Source: the human T2T-CHM13v2.0 reference genome, Homo sapiens
Assembly (NCBI RefSeq): GCF_009914755.1
Contig: NC_060927.1
Length of the DNA stretch: 64,000 nucleotides
Reading direction: 5' to 3' (one strand)
Below the pieces are notes generated by a model. The model ran no database searches and was not told where the DNA came from. It saw only the letters and a list, made by a program, of their open reading frames with translations. Positions 52,861 through 64,000 of the stretch are shown piece by piece. Position 1 is the stretch's first letter. Every line of letters begins with the position of its first letter. A program made the translations under genes and the position numbers.

Positions 52861-55519
52861 GGAGCCACGCAGCCACCCTGGCAGACCTGACTAGGTGCCT
52901 TGCTTGGCTCCCACTGCCCTCAGAACAAGGTTCAAAATCCTTAGCCTGACACACACGCCTGCCTGCTTCTTCAGGCTCATATCCTTCCACCCGTTCCTTG
53001 TAACCTTCCCTCCTGCCATAATAAGCACCTTGTAAGGTTCCACACTTCCAGGCTTTTGCCCAGGCAGTTCCCCTGCCATAAATGCCCTCCCATGGGCAAA
53101 GGCAAATGCTTTTCTAAAGTGCTGGCCAGTGAAGCTTTCTCTAACCTCCTGGGCAGACTTTCCATGGCCTTCTGGACACACTACACTATCACTGTCTTTC
53201 TGGGAGCCCCTTGTGGGGAGCGGGCTGACCTGTCTCTGTGTCCCTGGCCCAGCATGTCCATGGCTCATGGTGAACCCTCATGCATTCAGTGTCCCCATGT
53301 CACCACCCCATGTCTGAAACGTATCATCACAGCTTGGGCTGAGAATGTCCGAATTAACCACTTCCAGTTTCAGCCTGGGCTTCTGCACTGAACAGACTCA
53401 GAGGAAGGACGGTTAAGAGAGGGAGGAGGTGAGCGGGCGTCAGCACGAGGGGTGGCCACACTGAACATTTGCTGAGCCTCCCACCTGCCACTGCAGTAGG
53501 AGGAGGAAAAAATGAAGAGACAAAAGCAAGAAAAAGAGCAATCAAGTTCATCTTTCTTCACTACTGCTCTGCGCTCATGACAAGAGACTTTATTGTGTAG
53601 GAAATCAAGTAGCACATGGGGGAGGTGGGGGACTTGTCCTGCAGGGGTCATGTCAGAGCTCCCCCACCCTCTGGGCTACTATTGCTCTGTCTTGTTTAAT
53701 GTTACCACCTGCAGGCTCCTGCAGAATGCCTCTCTGGCTGGGGAACAGGTAAGGGGAGAGGGACAACTGGATGATTTATTGAGCACCTACTATGTGTTGG
53801 GCACCACACATTTGGTCATGGGCACGGATTGGGGTTAGGCAGATCTGTGCTCTGATTCCAGCTCTACTACTTGCCACATGGCCTTAGACAGGTCACTGCC
53901 TTGCTCTGGGACTCAGTTTCTTCATCTTTGTGATGAGGGATCACTACACATGCCTGCCTAGGCTTTTATAGGCCTAACCCTGTTAGAGGAGTTCTGCAGT
54001 TCCCATTTTATAGACAGGGAAACTGAGACTCAGAAAGAAAGGCTCAGAGGACAGAGCCAGGGTGGACAGAGCTGATGTCTAAGTGCGTTTCTGCTGCCAA
54101 AGCCAAAGCCCCCTTCCCCGTCTGCAATGCCTCATGCTGTCTCCTACTTGGCCCTGCAGTCGGTTGATTCTGAGCCTTGAGTTGGATGCTGGGGACTTGA
54201 AGGTGATTCAGACAAAAGCTCTGTCCTCCAGGGGCTGCTTCTCTGGTTAGGGGGTCAGGGTCTTCGACCACTACTTTATAACCCCATCCTCCCACTCAGA
54301 TCAGCCAGGTGTAGGGAGATGGGGATTCCAGACTGCACAGGAGGAGAAGGTGAGTTTGAGAATTCCTGGTTTATAGGTCCAGTTACTCCTTTAGGGACCA
54401 GGCAGGAAGCATGAGTTACCCCGCTAAGCAAGTTTCTCTGTCTGCAAAATTCGCATAATCATATCACCCCCAAAAGATAGCCAGCTGGTGAAACTGGGAA
54501 GCATTTGCAGGGCCTTGGCATTATGACAGGTTGCCCCAGATCAGGCCATCTTTAGCTGAAGCCGTGGAGAGCTTCAGAAGGGGCCATGAACCTACCAACA
54601 TTCTTTGTAAGAGGTTGTGTTTTTCTGGGGAGGAAGCCTTTGGCTCTCACTAGCTTCTCAAAGGAATCCCTGAAGCCCTCACCCCACAAGGACTCAAAAT
54701 CAAGGCCTAGTAGGACCAAGTCAACTCTCTGCTTTTCAATAAAGGCCGTGTAGAAATAGCACCAAGATGGCAGACCCAGAAGGCATGGGAACAACGGGTG
54801 CGTGGGGATGGTTAGAGAGAGCAAGGGTCAAGGCTGGGGCCCCATGCTTGGAGACCCCCAGTAAGGTAAAGCACTAGAGAATCACCCCTCACTGTGAGTC
54901 TCCACAGCTTTTCTGTGGCTGCACGGCACAGGATCCTGTAGTCAGTAACTCCCCTCCATGCCAGCTTGGCGGGAGGGAGAAAGGATGTGGATGGTGCTCT
55001 TTCCCAAGCAAACGCAAAGCTAATTATTCCAGACACCAAGTTCCTTTAACCATAATTGATCAGCCTCTAGTTTAGAGGAAATTAAATTTTTTCTGCCTCC
55101 TTCATTAGCCCTGAGGAAGGGGGTGAAGGTATGACAGAGCTGGGCAGAGAGCAGCTAATGCAGATGAGCCCTAAGCCTCGCCAGTGAGGAAGCAGATGGA
55201 GGGTCTATGCCACACCCTGGGGGTGCTGGGTCTTAGCAGAACAGGCACCTAGGGAAGTACTCAGAGGCTCATCTGCTTGGGCATCTGCAGCTAGAGCATT
55301 CTAGAAGCCACTCAAAGTCACTTAGTCTAGTCTGGTAGGTGATAAGAAGGTGACCTGAGGTAGGCTCCAAATGCAGATTTTGGCTTGAAATGTTAGCTGA
55401 AATAAGGAGCCTAATGTGTGGCTTCCTCCAGGCCAGGCCTCACCATGCAGCAGACACCAGTGTCCTGCCTGGCCTCTCCTGCTAGTTGTCCCCACACTTC
55501 AGCTTCAACAGATCTCAAG

Positions 55520-56860
55520 CCCAGTGTTTCAGCTTTCCCTCTTAAGATTGGTGCTTTTGTGTGTGTGTGTTTTCTCTGAAAAATCATTCCCTACTTCTAG
55601 ATGGGGAAGATGCTCTTCTGCGTTCGCTCTGGAAGTTTCATAGCTGTAGCTTTTACAAGTAGGTCTATGAGCATTCTCAATTTAATTTTTTCATCTACGT
55701 TTCTCTTTTTTGTGGTTAAGTCTACATAACATGGGATTTACCATTCTAACCATTTTTAAGTGCACAGTTCAGTGACATTAAGTGCATCCTCATTGTTGCA
55801 CAACCATCTCCACAACCCATCTCAGAACGTTTTCCTCTTCCCAAACTGAAGTTCTGTCCCCATCCAACACCAACTCCCTTTTCCTTTCCCATCCACTGGC
55901 ACATGCACCATTCCATTTTCTGTTTCTATGAGTTTGACTACTGTAGCGACCTCATATAAGTGGAATCATAACAGTATTTGTCCCTTTATGGCTGGCTTAT
56001 TTCACTTAGCATCTCAAGTTTCATCCATGTTGTAGCATGGCTCAGAGCTTCCTTCCTTTTTATGGCTGAGTAATATTGCATTGTATGAACAGACTACATT
56101 TGATTTATCAGTTGATCCATTCATGGACACTTCGATTGTTCCCTCATTTTAGTTATTCCAAAGAATGCTGTTATGAGCATGGGTGAACAAATATCTGAGT
56201 CCTTGCTTTCAATTTTTTGGGTATCTACCCAGTAGTGGAATTGCTGGATCGTGGAATAATTCTGTTTGATTTTTTTGAGGGACCACTATATGCTTTTCCA
56301 CAGCAGCCGCACCATTTTACAGTTCTACTAGAATGCAAGAGTGTTCTAATTTCCCCACGTTCTGGCCAATACCTATTTTCTGTTTTTTGGTGATAGCCAT
56401 CCTAATTGGTGTGAACTGGCATTTCCCTGTGATTTACATTTCTCTAATAACTAGTGGTGCTGAGCATTTTTCGCATGCTTATTGGCCATTTGTGTATCTT
56501 CTTTTCAGAAATGTCAAGTCAAGTCCTTTGCCCATCTTTGAACTGGGTTGTCTTTTTGTTGTTGAGTTGTAGGAGTTCTCGACATATTCTGGATATTAAT
56601 CTTTATCATATATGTAATTTGAAGATATTTCTTCTCATTCCATGGGTTGTCTTTGTACTCTGTTGATAGTATCTTTTGATGCATTAAAGTTTTTAACTTT
56701 GATGAAGTCCAATTTATCTACTTTTTCTTTTGTTGTCTGTGCTTTTGGTGTCATAGCCAATAAATCATTGCTATATTCAGTGTCATGAAGCTTTCCCCTA
56801 TGTCTTCTGTCTCCATTAAATTTTGTGTGTGGTGTGAGGTAGGGATTTAGACTCAACGTA
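55520..56860 (-). mobile_element. L1M (L1MA/MB-like) 3' region, probably nested in an older L1 fragment
   Basis: accatttttaagtgcacagttcagtg...ctcatataagtggaatcata...gatgaagtccaatttatc; antisense ORF2-like peptide MTPKAQTTKEKVDKLDFIK. Confidence 0.85.
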
Positions 56861-57124
56861 TCTGAAATTCAACCTCTAAGCTTTCCCATCCAACCTCCTG
56901 CTCCCCTGGGATTTGCTGTTGCCACCAAAGGCCTCATCTTCTCTCCAGGTGGTCAGCATAGAATCCAGGAGCCACCCCTGCCTCTTTCTTCTCCATCATC
57001 AAAGTCCTATTCATTTTCCTCCTTCCTACATTTCTTGAAACCCATAATTTCCCTGCACAGCCCATGTCCTTGTCCTAGTTCTTCTCATCTCTTGCCTAGG
57101 TGACTGCTGTGGCCTCTAACTGGC

Positions 57125-57482
57125 TGATGTGGTTTGGCTCTGTGTCCCCATCCAAATCTCATCTTGAATTGTAATTCCCATGTGTAACCTGGTGGGAGGT
57201 GACTGGATCATGGGGGTGGTTTTCTCCATGCTATTCTCATGTTAGTGAGTGAGTTCTCACAAGATCTCATGGTTTAAAAGTGGCACTTCCCCCTTTGGGC
57301 GCTCTCTCTCTTCTGCCACCATGTAAGATGTGCCTTGCTTCCCCTTTGCCTTCCACCCTGATTGTAAGTTTCCTGAGGCCTCTCCAGCCAAGAGGAACTG
57401 TGAGTCAATTAAACCTCTTTTTAAAAATAAATTACCCAGTTGCAGATAGTTCTTTATATCAGTGTGAAAACAGACTAATACA
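57125..57482 (+). mobile_element. THE1D/MSTA-like MaLR solo LTR
   Basis: tgatgtggtttggctctgtgtcccc...aaattacccag...cagactaataca; 5-bp TSD CTGGC at 57120-57124 and 57483-57487. Confidence 0.9.
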
Positions 57483-58140
57483 CTGGCCTCTCTGCTGCCA
57501 CTTGGAAAAGCAGTGCTGATCACATCACAGCATCCTCCTGCCCACTTTGCTTTTGGGATAAAGAAAACACTCCCACATGTGATCTTCAAAGCACTGGGTG
57601 GCCTGGCCTTGCTCCTTCAGCCCCCAAGAACCCCATTCTCTCATTTCTTCTGCTTGTCCCCCACCACATGGCCTTTGTCTGTTCTGTTCCTTCTGCCTAG
57701 AATGCTGTTCCCTCCCTATCATCACCTAGTAAACTCCTACTCTTCCTCCTGTTCTCAGCTTAATCCCAACTTCTCTGGGAGGCCTTCTCTGATTTACTTA
57801 CGAAATCACACTCATCCTGGTTGTATTTTAAACATGTTTGTGTGACTGTTGGATTGTTTGATTTTAGATCACTGACTAGATAAGAACCCTTATCACCACC
57901 TCCTAGGCCCAGACTCTGCAATAATTAAAAAAATAACAGTTATAGCTATTATGCATATTATATATATACTTACTGTCTGTCTCCTTTCACTAAGGCCTGT
58001 GTCTACGTTTTCATCACTACTGTATTCCTAGGGCCTAGCAGTGTCTAGCACATAATAGATTATCTGCAAGTAGTTCAAGGAGGAAAGGAAGAGAGAGAGG
58101 GAGGAAAGGCTAATTTGCATTGAATAAAAAGCCTAATTCT

Positions 58141-58425
58141 GGCTGGGCTTGGTGGCTCATGCCTGTAATCTCAGCACTTTAGGAGGCCAAGGTGATTGCT
58201 TGAGCCCAGGAATTTGAGACCAGCCTGGGCAACATGACAAAATCTTGTCTCTCAATACAAAAATTACAAAAATTAGCCAGGCGTGGTGGTGCATGCCTGT
58301 AGTCCCAGCTACTCGGGAGGCTGAGATGGGAGGATTGCTTGAGCCCAAGGAGTTTCAGGCTATAGTGAGCCATGATTGTGCCATTGCACTCCAGAGCCTG
58401 GGTGACAGAGTGAGACCCTGTCTCA
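58141..58425 (+). mobile_element. AluJ lacking a poly(A) tail
   Basis: AluJ diagnostics gggaggattgcttgagccc and gtgagccatgattgtgcca; ends ctgtctca|ctaatt. Confidence 0.9.
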
Positions 58426-59379
58426 CTAATTTGCTTCCCAAGGTGAAGGTTCTCAGATCCCTTGGAACTATAACGTTCTCCAGGGGGAAGGGTGTATTCA
58501 CTTTCTATAAATTTTGGGTTTTCTGAGAACTTATTATGTAACAAATGCCCAGGCAGGCCCTCTCTCAGAATCAGTTTCCTCATCAGTAAAATGAGGCTAA
58601 CAACACCGACCGACAGCGTTGCTGGATTAGAAAAGATGATGCATATGAAAGTGTCGAGCACCAAATAGGCGCTCCATAAATGACCTTGACCTTGATCCCA
58701 GCCACACTCCCAAATACAGCCAAACCCTCCTGGGGTATCTGGGCCTCAGTCTTCTCTCCATAAGCTGCCAGATCTGGGCAGGGACACATCCCCAGAATGG
58801 TACAGGGAGACCTGAGTGTCTCTTCTGAAGCACACAGGCTTTGAGAACTGCCCCGCGCCTATGTGGGACTAGTTCCTGCCTTGTTCCTGGACAGAACTCC
58901 CTGTCATATGCCAGTTCCTTCAGGCCCAAGACCCTGTCAAGCTTTTGTCAGCACCCGCAGCCCCAGCCTAGACCCCTAGCTTGGTCCAGACTTTCTCCTA
59001 GGTTCCTCCCAAGTCCATCCTGTTCTCGCCATTTCCCCTTCTGCCATCAGTGCCCGCAAGGCCTACTGCATTAGCCTCCTCGCCAAGCCCTTGAGGACCC
59101 CTCCCCACTACAACCCCTTCTGCACATGGCAACCAGAATGATCTTCCTAAAACATAAATTGGATCACATCATTGTCCTGCTTAAAACCTCCCAGTGGCTT
59201 CCAGTACATGCAGAGCTAAAGTCCTCAGTGGGGTCTGCAAGGCCAGGGCCAGAGGGCCCCGTCACCCCTCCCTCTCTTTATCTCACACCACTATCTGCTC
59301 CACCCGCACCAGATCTCAGTTCATCCCGCCTGCCACCTAGTCTCAGAGCAGACCCTCTCTTTTTGTTCAGTTACACACT

Positions 59380-59600
59380 GGTAGGAAGTCTGCCTGGGGC
59401 TACCAGGACATTCCTGAGAATGAAGATAACACAGAGGCAAGCAGAGCTGGGAAATGGAAAGACTTCATTTGAGCACTAGGATCCAGCCATACCTGAAGCC
59501 AACAATCCCAATTTTTTTCTGTTAGGTGAGCCAATGCATCTTTTTTGCTATAAGCTAACTTGAGTTGGTATTTATATCACTTGCTTCTAAAGGTAGTCCC
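59380..59600 (+). mobile_element. MLT1J/K-like LTR fragment within an L2
   Basis: gagaatgaagataacacagagg...ggatccagccatacctgaagcc...tgagccaat...atcacttgc. Confidence 0.55.
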
Positions 59601-59605
59601 AATGA

Positions 59606-60199
<594 letters not shown>

Positions 60200-60288
60200 T
60201 AACACTTACACCCACTATGATGTTATATATTTACTTATTGTCTATGTCCCTCCACTAAACTGTAAATCCATGAGGGCAGAGATTGTGT

Positions 60289-60402
60289 TAGGATGACCAA
60301 CTGTCCTGGTTTGCCTCGGACTGAGGGGTGTCCTGGGATGTGGGACTTTCAGTGTTAAAATCAGGAATGTCCCAGACAAACCTGGACACGTTAGTCCCCC
60401 TA
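60289..60402. mobile_element. MER81 hAT-Blackjack MITE
   Basis: taggatgaccaactgtcctggtttgcc...caaacctggacacgttagtcccccta; palindromic, matches the recalled consensus. Confidence 0.8.
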
Positions 60403-63400
60403 GACTGCTTTCATTTGCTGTAAAATCCCACTGCCCAGCTCAGTGTTGGTGCGCGGTAGGTGCTTAATGTCTAGTTGAGTGGATGAGTGAGCGCAGGCCC
60501 TGGGCTGCATTTACGTGCTCTGTCTCATGGCATCCTCATAGCCAGCCTGGGGGTGGGCTTTACTGTTGCCCCCATTTTACTGATAAGAAGCCTGAAGCTT
60601 CAGCTGCTTGCCAGGCCACATGGTGAGGGCAGCAGAGCACCAGCACTGGCACCCAGCTCTACCACACTCCAGAGGCCACACCCTAACTGCTCTCCACAGC
60701 ACACCTCTGTCACTGTCTGCTCTACTCAGCCAACTGATCCTGGGCCCCTGCTGCCTCAATTGCCACCTTTGGGCCATCCCTCCATGCCTCACCTGGGTGT
60801 GTGAGCAATGGCCTAAGGCAGCCCTTTCCTGGCCAGGCTGATGGTGAGGAGAAGGGGAGAGAGGGCAGTGCCATGGCTAGGGTCAAGCTGCCCCAAGGCT
60901 GGAACCCTAGAGCATGGTGGCCAGCACAGGTGGTCTCCCTGACCTGTGTGTCCCTGGGGCACCTCTGGCTCAGGCCCCACCAGTGCCAGGTCTCCCCCCT
61001 GAGGCCTCGCCAGTCACAGCTGCCTTCTCAGCTGGGCCCCACCTGAGCCTTCTGACTGAGAGTGAGGAAGTCTGAATTCTGCTCACCCACAGGAGCCTAA
61101 ACTGAAGAAGGATATATCCCTCTGCAGTGAAGGAAAGGCCTCCGTCTGCCATCCCAGGCCTGCCACCGCTCCCAGCCCTGTTGAACATGCCTGTGCATGA
61201 GGGCCCTGCCCATCCAGGTCAGAACAAGGGGATTTGCACTCGGGGAAGCAATGCTTCCTCCCACTGGACCCTGACAACCAACCCGTGCAGCAGGCACTGT
61301 ATTTTCTACCCATTTCATGGATGAGGAAACTGAGGCCCAGAGAGGTGAAGTCGCTTACCCAACGTGACACAGCTCATAGGGGCAGGGTTAGGATTCCCAG
61401 AGGTGGATTCAGGTCCATCTCCCTCACTCACGTGTCATCTATCCTACCTTCTCTCCCTGGTGAGGGTAATGTCGGGGCCGACAAAACTGCTGCCATTTCT
61501 GGAGTCAGACCCTGCACACACATTGCTTCTTATTTCAGGCCAACTGGTAGGATAGGTGTGACAGTCCCCATTTTACAGATGACGAGGCTGTACAGCAGAG
61601 GAGTTAATGACTGGCGTAGGTCCCAGGGCAGGGAGGACTCCTAAGGGAACCTGTCTTATTTCGCCTTCCCTCCAATCCTTCCTTCCTGTCAACCTACCTG
61701 TGTCCCTACCTATCTAACAACTAATCCACATTTTTTGAATGGCAACAATGGGCAAGGCCCTGGCCTGGTCTGTGCCGACACCACCCCGAGCACTGAGAGC
61801 AGAAGGCAATCCTGGCTCCTGGCCCTGAGTGGCTGGAATCCCTTCCTGAGGGGCAGCCTGGATTTCCAAACCAGAATATCCTGAGTCTGATGAGCGATCT
61901 ACCTGGAAGCCTCTTACTGGGGAATTCTCTGCGGGCTTAATTCTAGGATCTCAGCTGCTCTGTCCCCTGCCTGGCCACCAAGGAGATGTTTTTCAAAACA
62001 AAGTGAGGTGGGAGAAGGGCCACGGGAGGTTTTAATAATTCTATGGTAGGAAATTTCCATGGTGATGGAAAAGACCCACTGGCTGGCCTCCAAACGCCTT
62101 CCGGAAAAAACTTCCAAAAAGAAACTGTGGGACTGGCCCTCTCCAGTCCAGACAGATGCTGGAGCCACCCACGGAAGGACTTGGGGGCCGGTGCATTGGC
62201 GTCAGCCCCCGGCACAGGGCCGGGCACCCAGAGGCCCAGGGATCAAGGCAGTCCAGGGATAAAGGGGTCTCCCCTCGAGGGATTCATGAAAGAACAAAGA
62301 AAGATGCCCCCTGGGGAGTGAGTCACAAGCCCAGGCTCCATTTCTCTGCCACCTGCTTGCTTTGTGACCTTGAGCAACGACTAGGCCTCTCTGAGTCCAT
62401 CTCTGCTGTGACAGGCAGCATTGGCGGGGTGCTGTCTAAGGTCTGAAGCATCGTGATGGTGCTGGCCCTGGCTTTGGGTTTCCCAAGGTCCCTGGGGATG
62501 AGTCCAGGAGGGGTGCAGAAAAACTGAGTTCCTGGAAACTCTGGAGGCATCTCCAGGGACCAGAGACTTCCAGGGCAGGAGAGAGTGACCTGAACACCTT
62601 GGGGGCAGATCCTAAAGAGCTCACTGAGGGGTGAACACACAGCCCCCTCCCTGCTGGCCACTGTCTGCCTCTCCCGTGGGCACAGGCTCCTCGGGTGAGA
62701 TTCTAGAAGGGACAGGCTGAGGGGTCTGCATGCAGGTGAGGATCCTGGGGATGCCCTCAGTGTCTCCCCGTACCCCCACAGCCACCTCACTGCTGGCCGC
62801 GGGGGTCTCTGTGGCATTTTGAGCTCTCCATGACCCACCTGCTGCTGCCACCACCCCTCTGCCTGTATGAGTTCCTCACGGCCTGTCCCCAGGCTTCCCA
62901 TGCTGCGTTTTCACTCCACTTGCCAGTGGGCTGGTCTCTGCACGTCCCAGCCCTGTCCCTGCCCTGCCTCACATCCTGCAGGGCCCCCATGGCCCTGGGG
63001 GTTGAGCCGTAACTCTGAGGCTGTAGCTGAATTGCGCAGTGCACCAGTACATTGCCTCCAGATGCAGAAAGAAATCTTACACACCAGAGGCCCATGATAT
63101 AATACAACCTCAACCATCAGCCAGGGAAGAATCCCCTGAAGGAGAAGCAATGAGTCTGTGTCCTACTTAGTTCTGCATCTGGGTACCAGCTCACGTCTGC
63201 GCAGATTCCTTCACAGTGCTGAGCCTCAGTTTCCTCAGCTGTGAAATGGGCTGAAGCTGTTTCCTTTGCACTGGAAAAGTGAGAATAAGAAGGCCCTGGG
63301 CACAGTGCCTGGCACTGACAGGCCTTAAGCTGACCTGACGCAGACCCCCTCTGTGAAAGGGGCTGGTTGAGGGCTCAGTCTGGGTCTTGTGTGCCTTCAG

Positions 63401-63524
63401 GAAGGGGTGTGAGAGGAGGGAGACAGAGGCAAGGGGCAGGGGACAGGAGGTGAGGGGGTCTTCAGGAGGCCAGTAGCCAAAGTCATCACCACCACCAGAA
63501 GAGTGGCACCTGCTTTTTAAAATC

Positions 63525-63690
63525 AGCACTTACTATGTGCTAGGCACCAAGGGTGCCTTCCTTCTGTGGTTTTCTCATTGAAGTCCTGTCGGGAAGGTTT
63601 ATTATCCCTATTTTACAGCTGTGGAAACTGAGGCTCAGAGAGGTGAGGTTGCCGAGCTGGTGGGTGACAGGGCTGGGAGCTTTGCCCCTG
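63525..63690 (-). mobile_element. MIR
   Basis: cacttactatgtgctaggcac...attatccctattttacag...gaaactgaggctcagagagg. Confidence 0.7.
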
Positions 63691-64000
63691 AGCTCTGTGC
63701 TGGGCGAGGGCACAGGAAGGAACAAAGGGTGAGCAGAGGGATTGGAAAAGGAGGTGGGGGATTGCGGGAGCTCAGGGCAAGCCAGGGCACACCCAGGCAC
63801 AGCCTCCTCTCGCCTTGGCAGTCCCGCAGCAGGCTCCTCTCCTGCGCCCGCTCCCTCCGCTTCTCCCTGCCTCCGTATGGAGCTTTCTAAAGCAGGCCCC
63901 TGTGAATCAGAGCAAAGACACCAAATTTACTCTGCTCACTGCCAGATTTTCTCCAGAGAAGGGGGTGGTGACGCGGGAGTGGAGTGGGGAGAGAGCCTGT

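Noticed and set aside
63780-64000. CpG-enriched window end as a promoter
   Set aside because: Too short and truncated by the window edge; no donor site or TSS evidence.

Overview
Primate (human-like) genomic DNA lying inside the ATP2B2 (PMCA2, plasma-membrane Ca2+-ATPase 2) gene, which is on the minus strand. The only supportable protein-coding sequence is one exon (27678-28195, minus): 319 nt of 5'UTR plus 199 nt encoding the PMCA2 N-terminus. The rest is intron, rich in MIR, L2, L1M, Alu, MaLR LTR and DNA-transposon relics, and the other ORFs in the track look spurious. Most notable: (1) a Tigger1 fossil split by a ~600-bp fold-back built partly from a copy of unique sequence 2.4 kb away; (2) an AluJ carrying an inverted AluS piece; (3) a perfect 6x53-bp tandem array rich in YCAY motifs on the sense strand; (4) four upstream ATGs in the 5'UTR, including a start-stop element; (5) a close REST/RE1 match next to the exon. 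I see no evidence for a new protein-coding system. Repeat family calls come from recalled consensus sequences, and boundaries of old elements are approximate.
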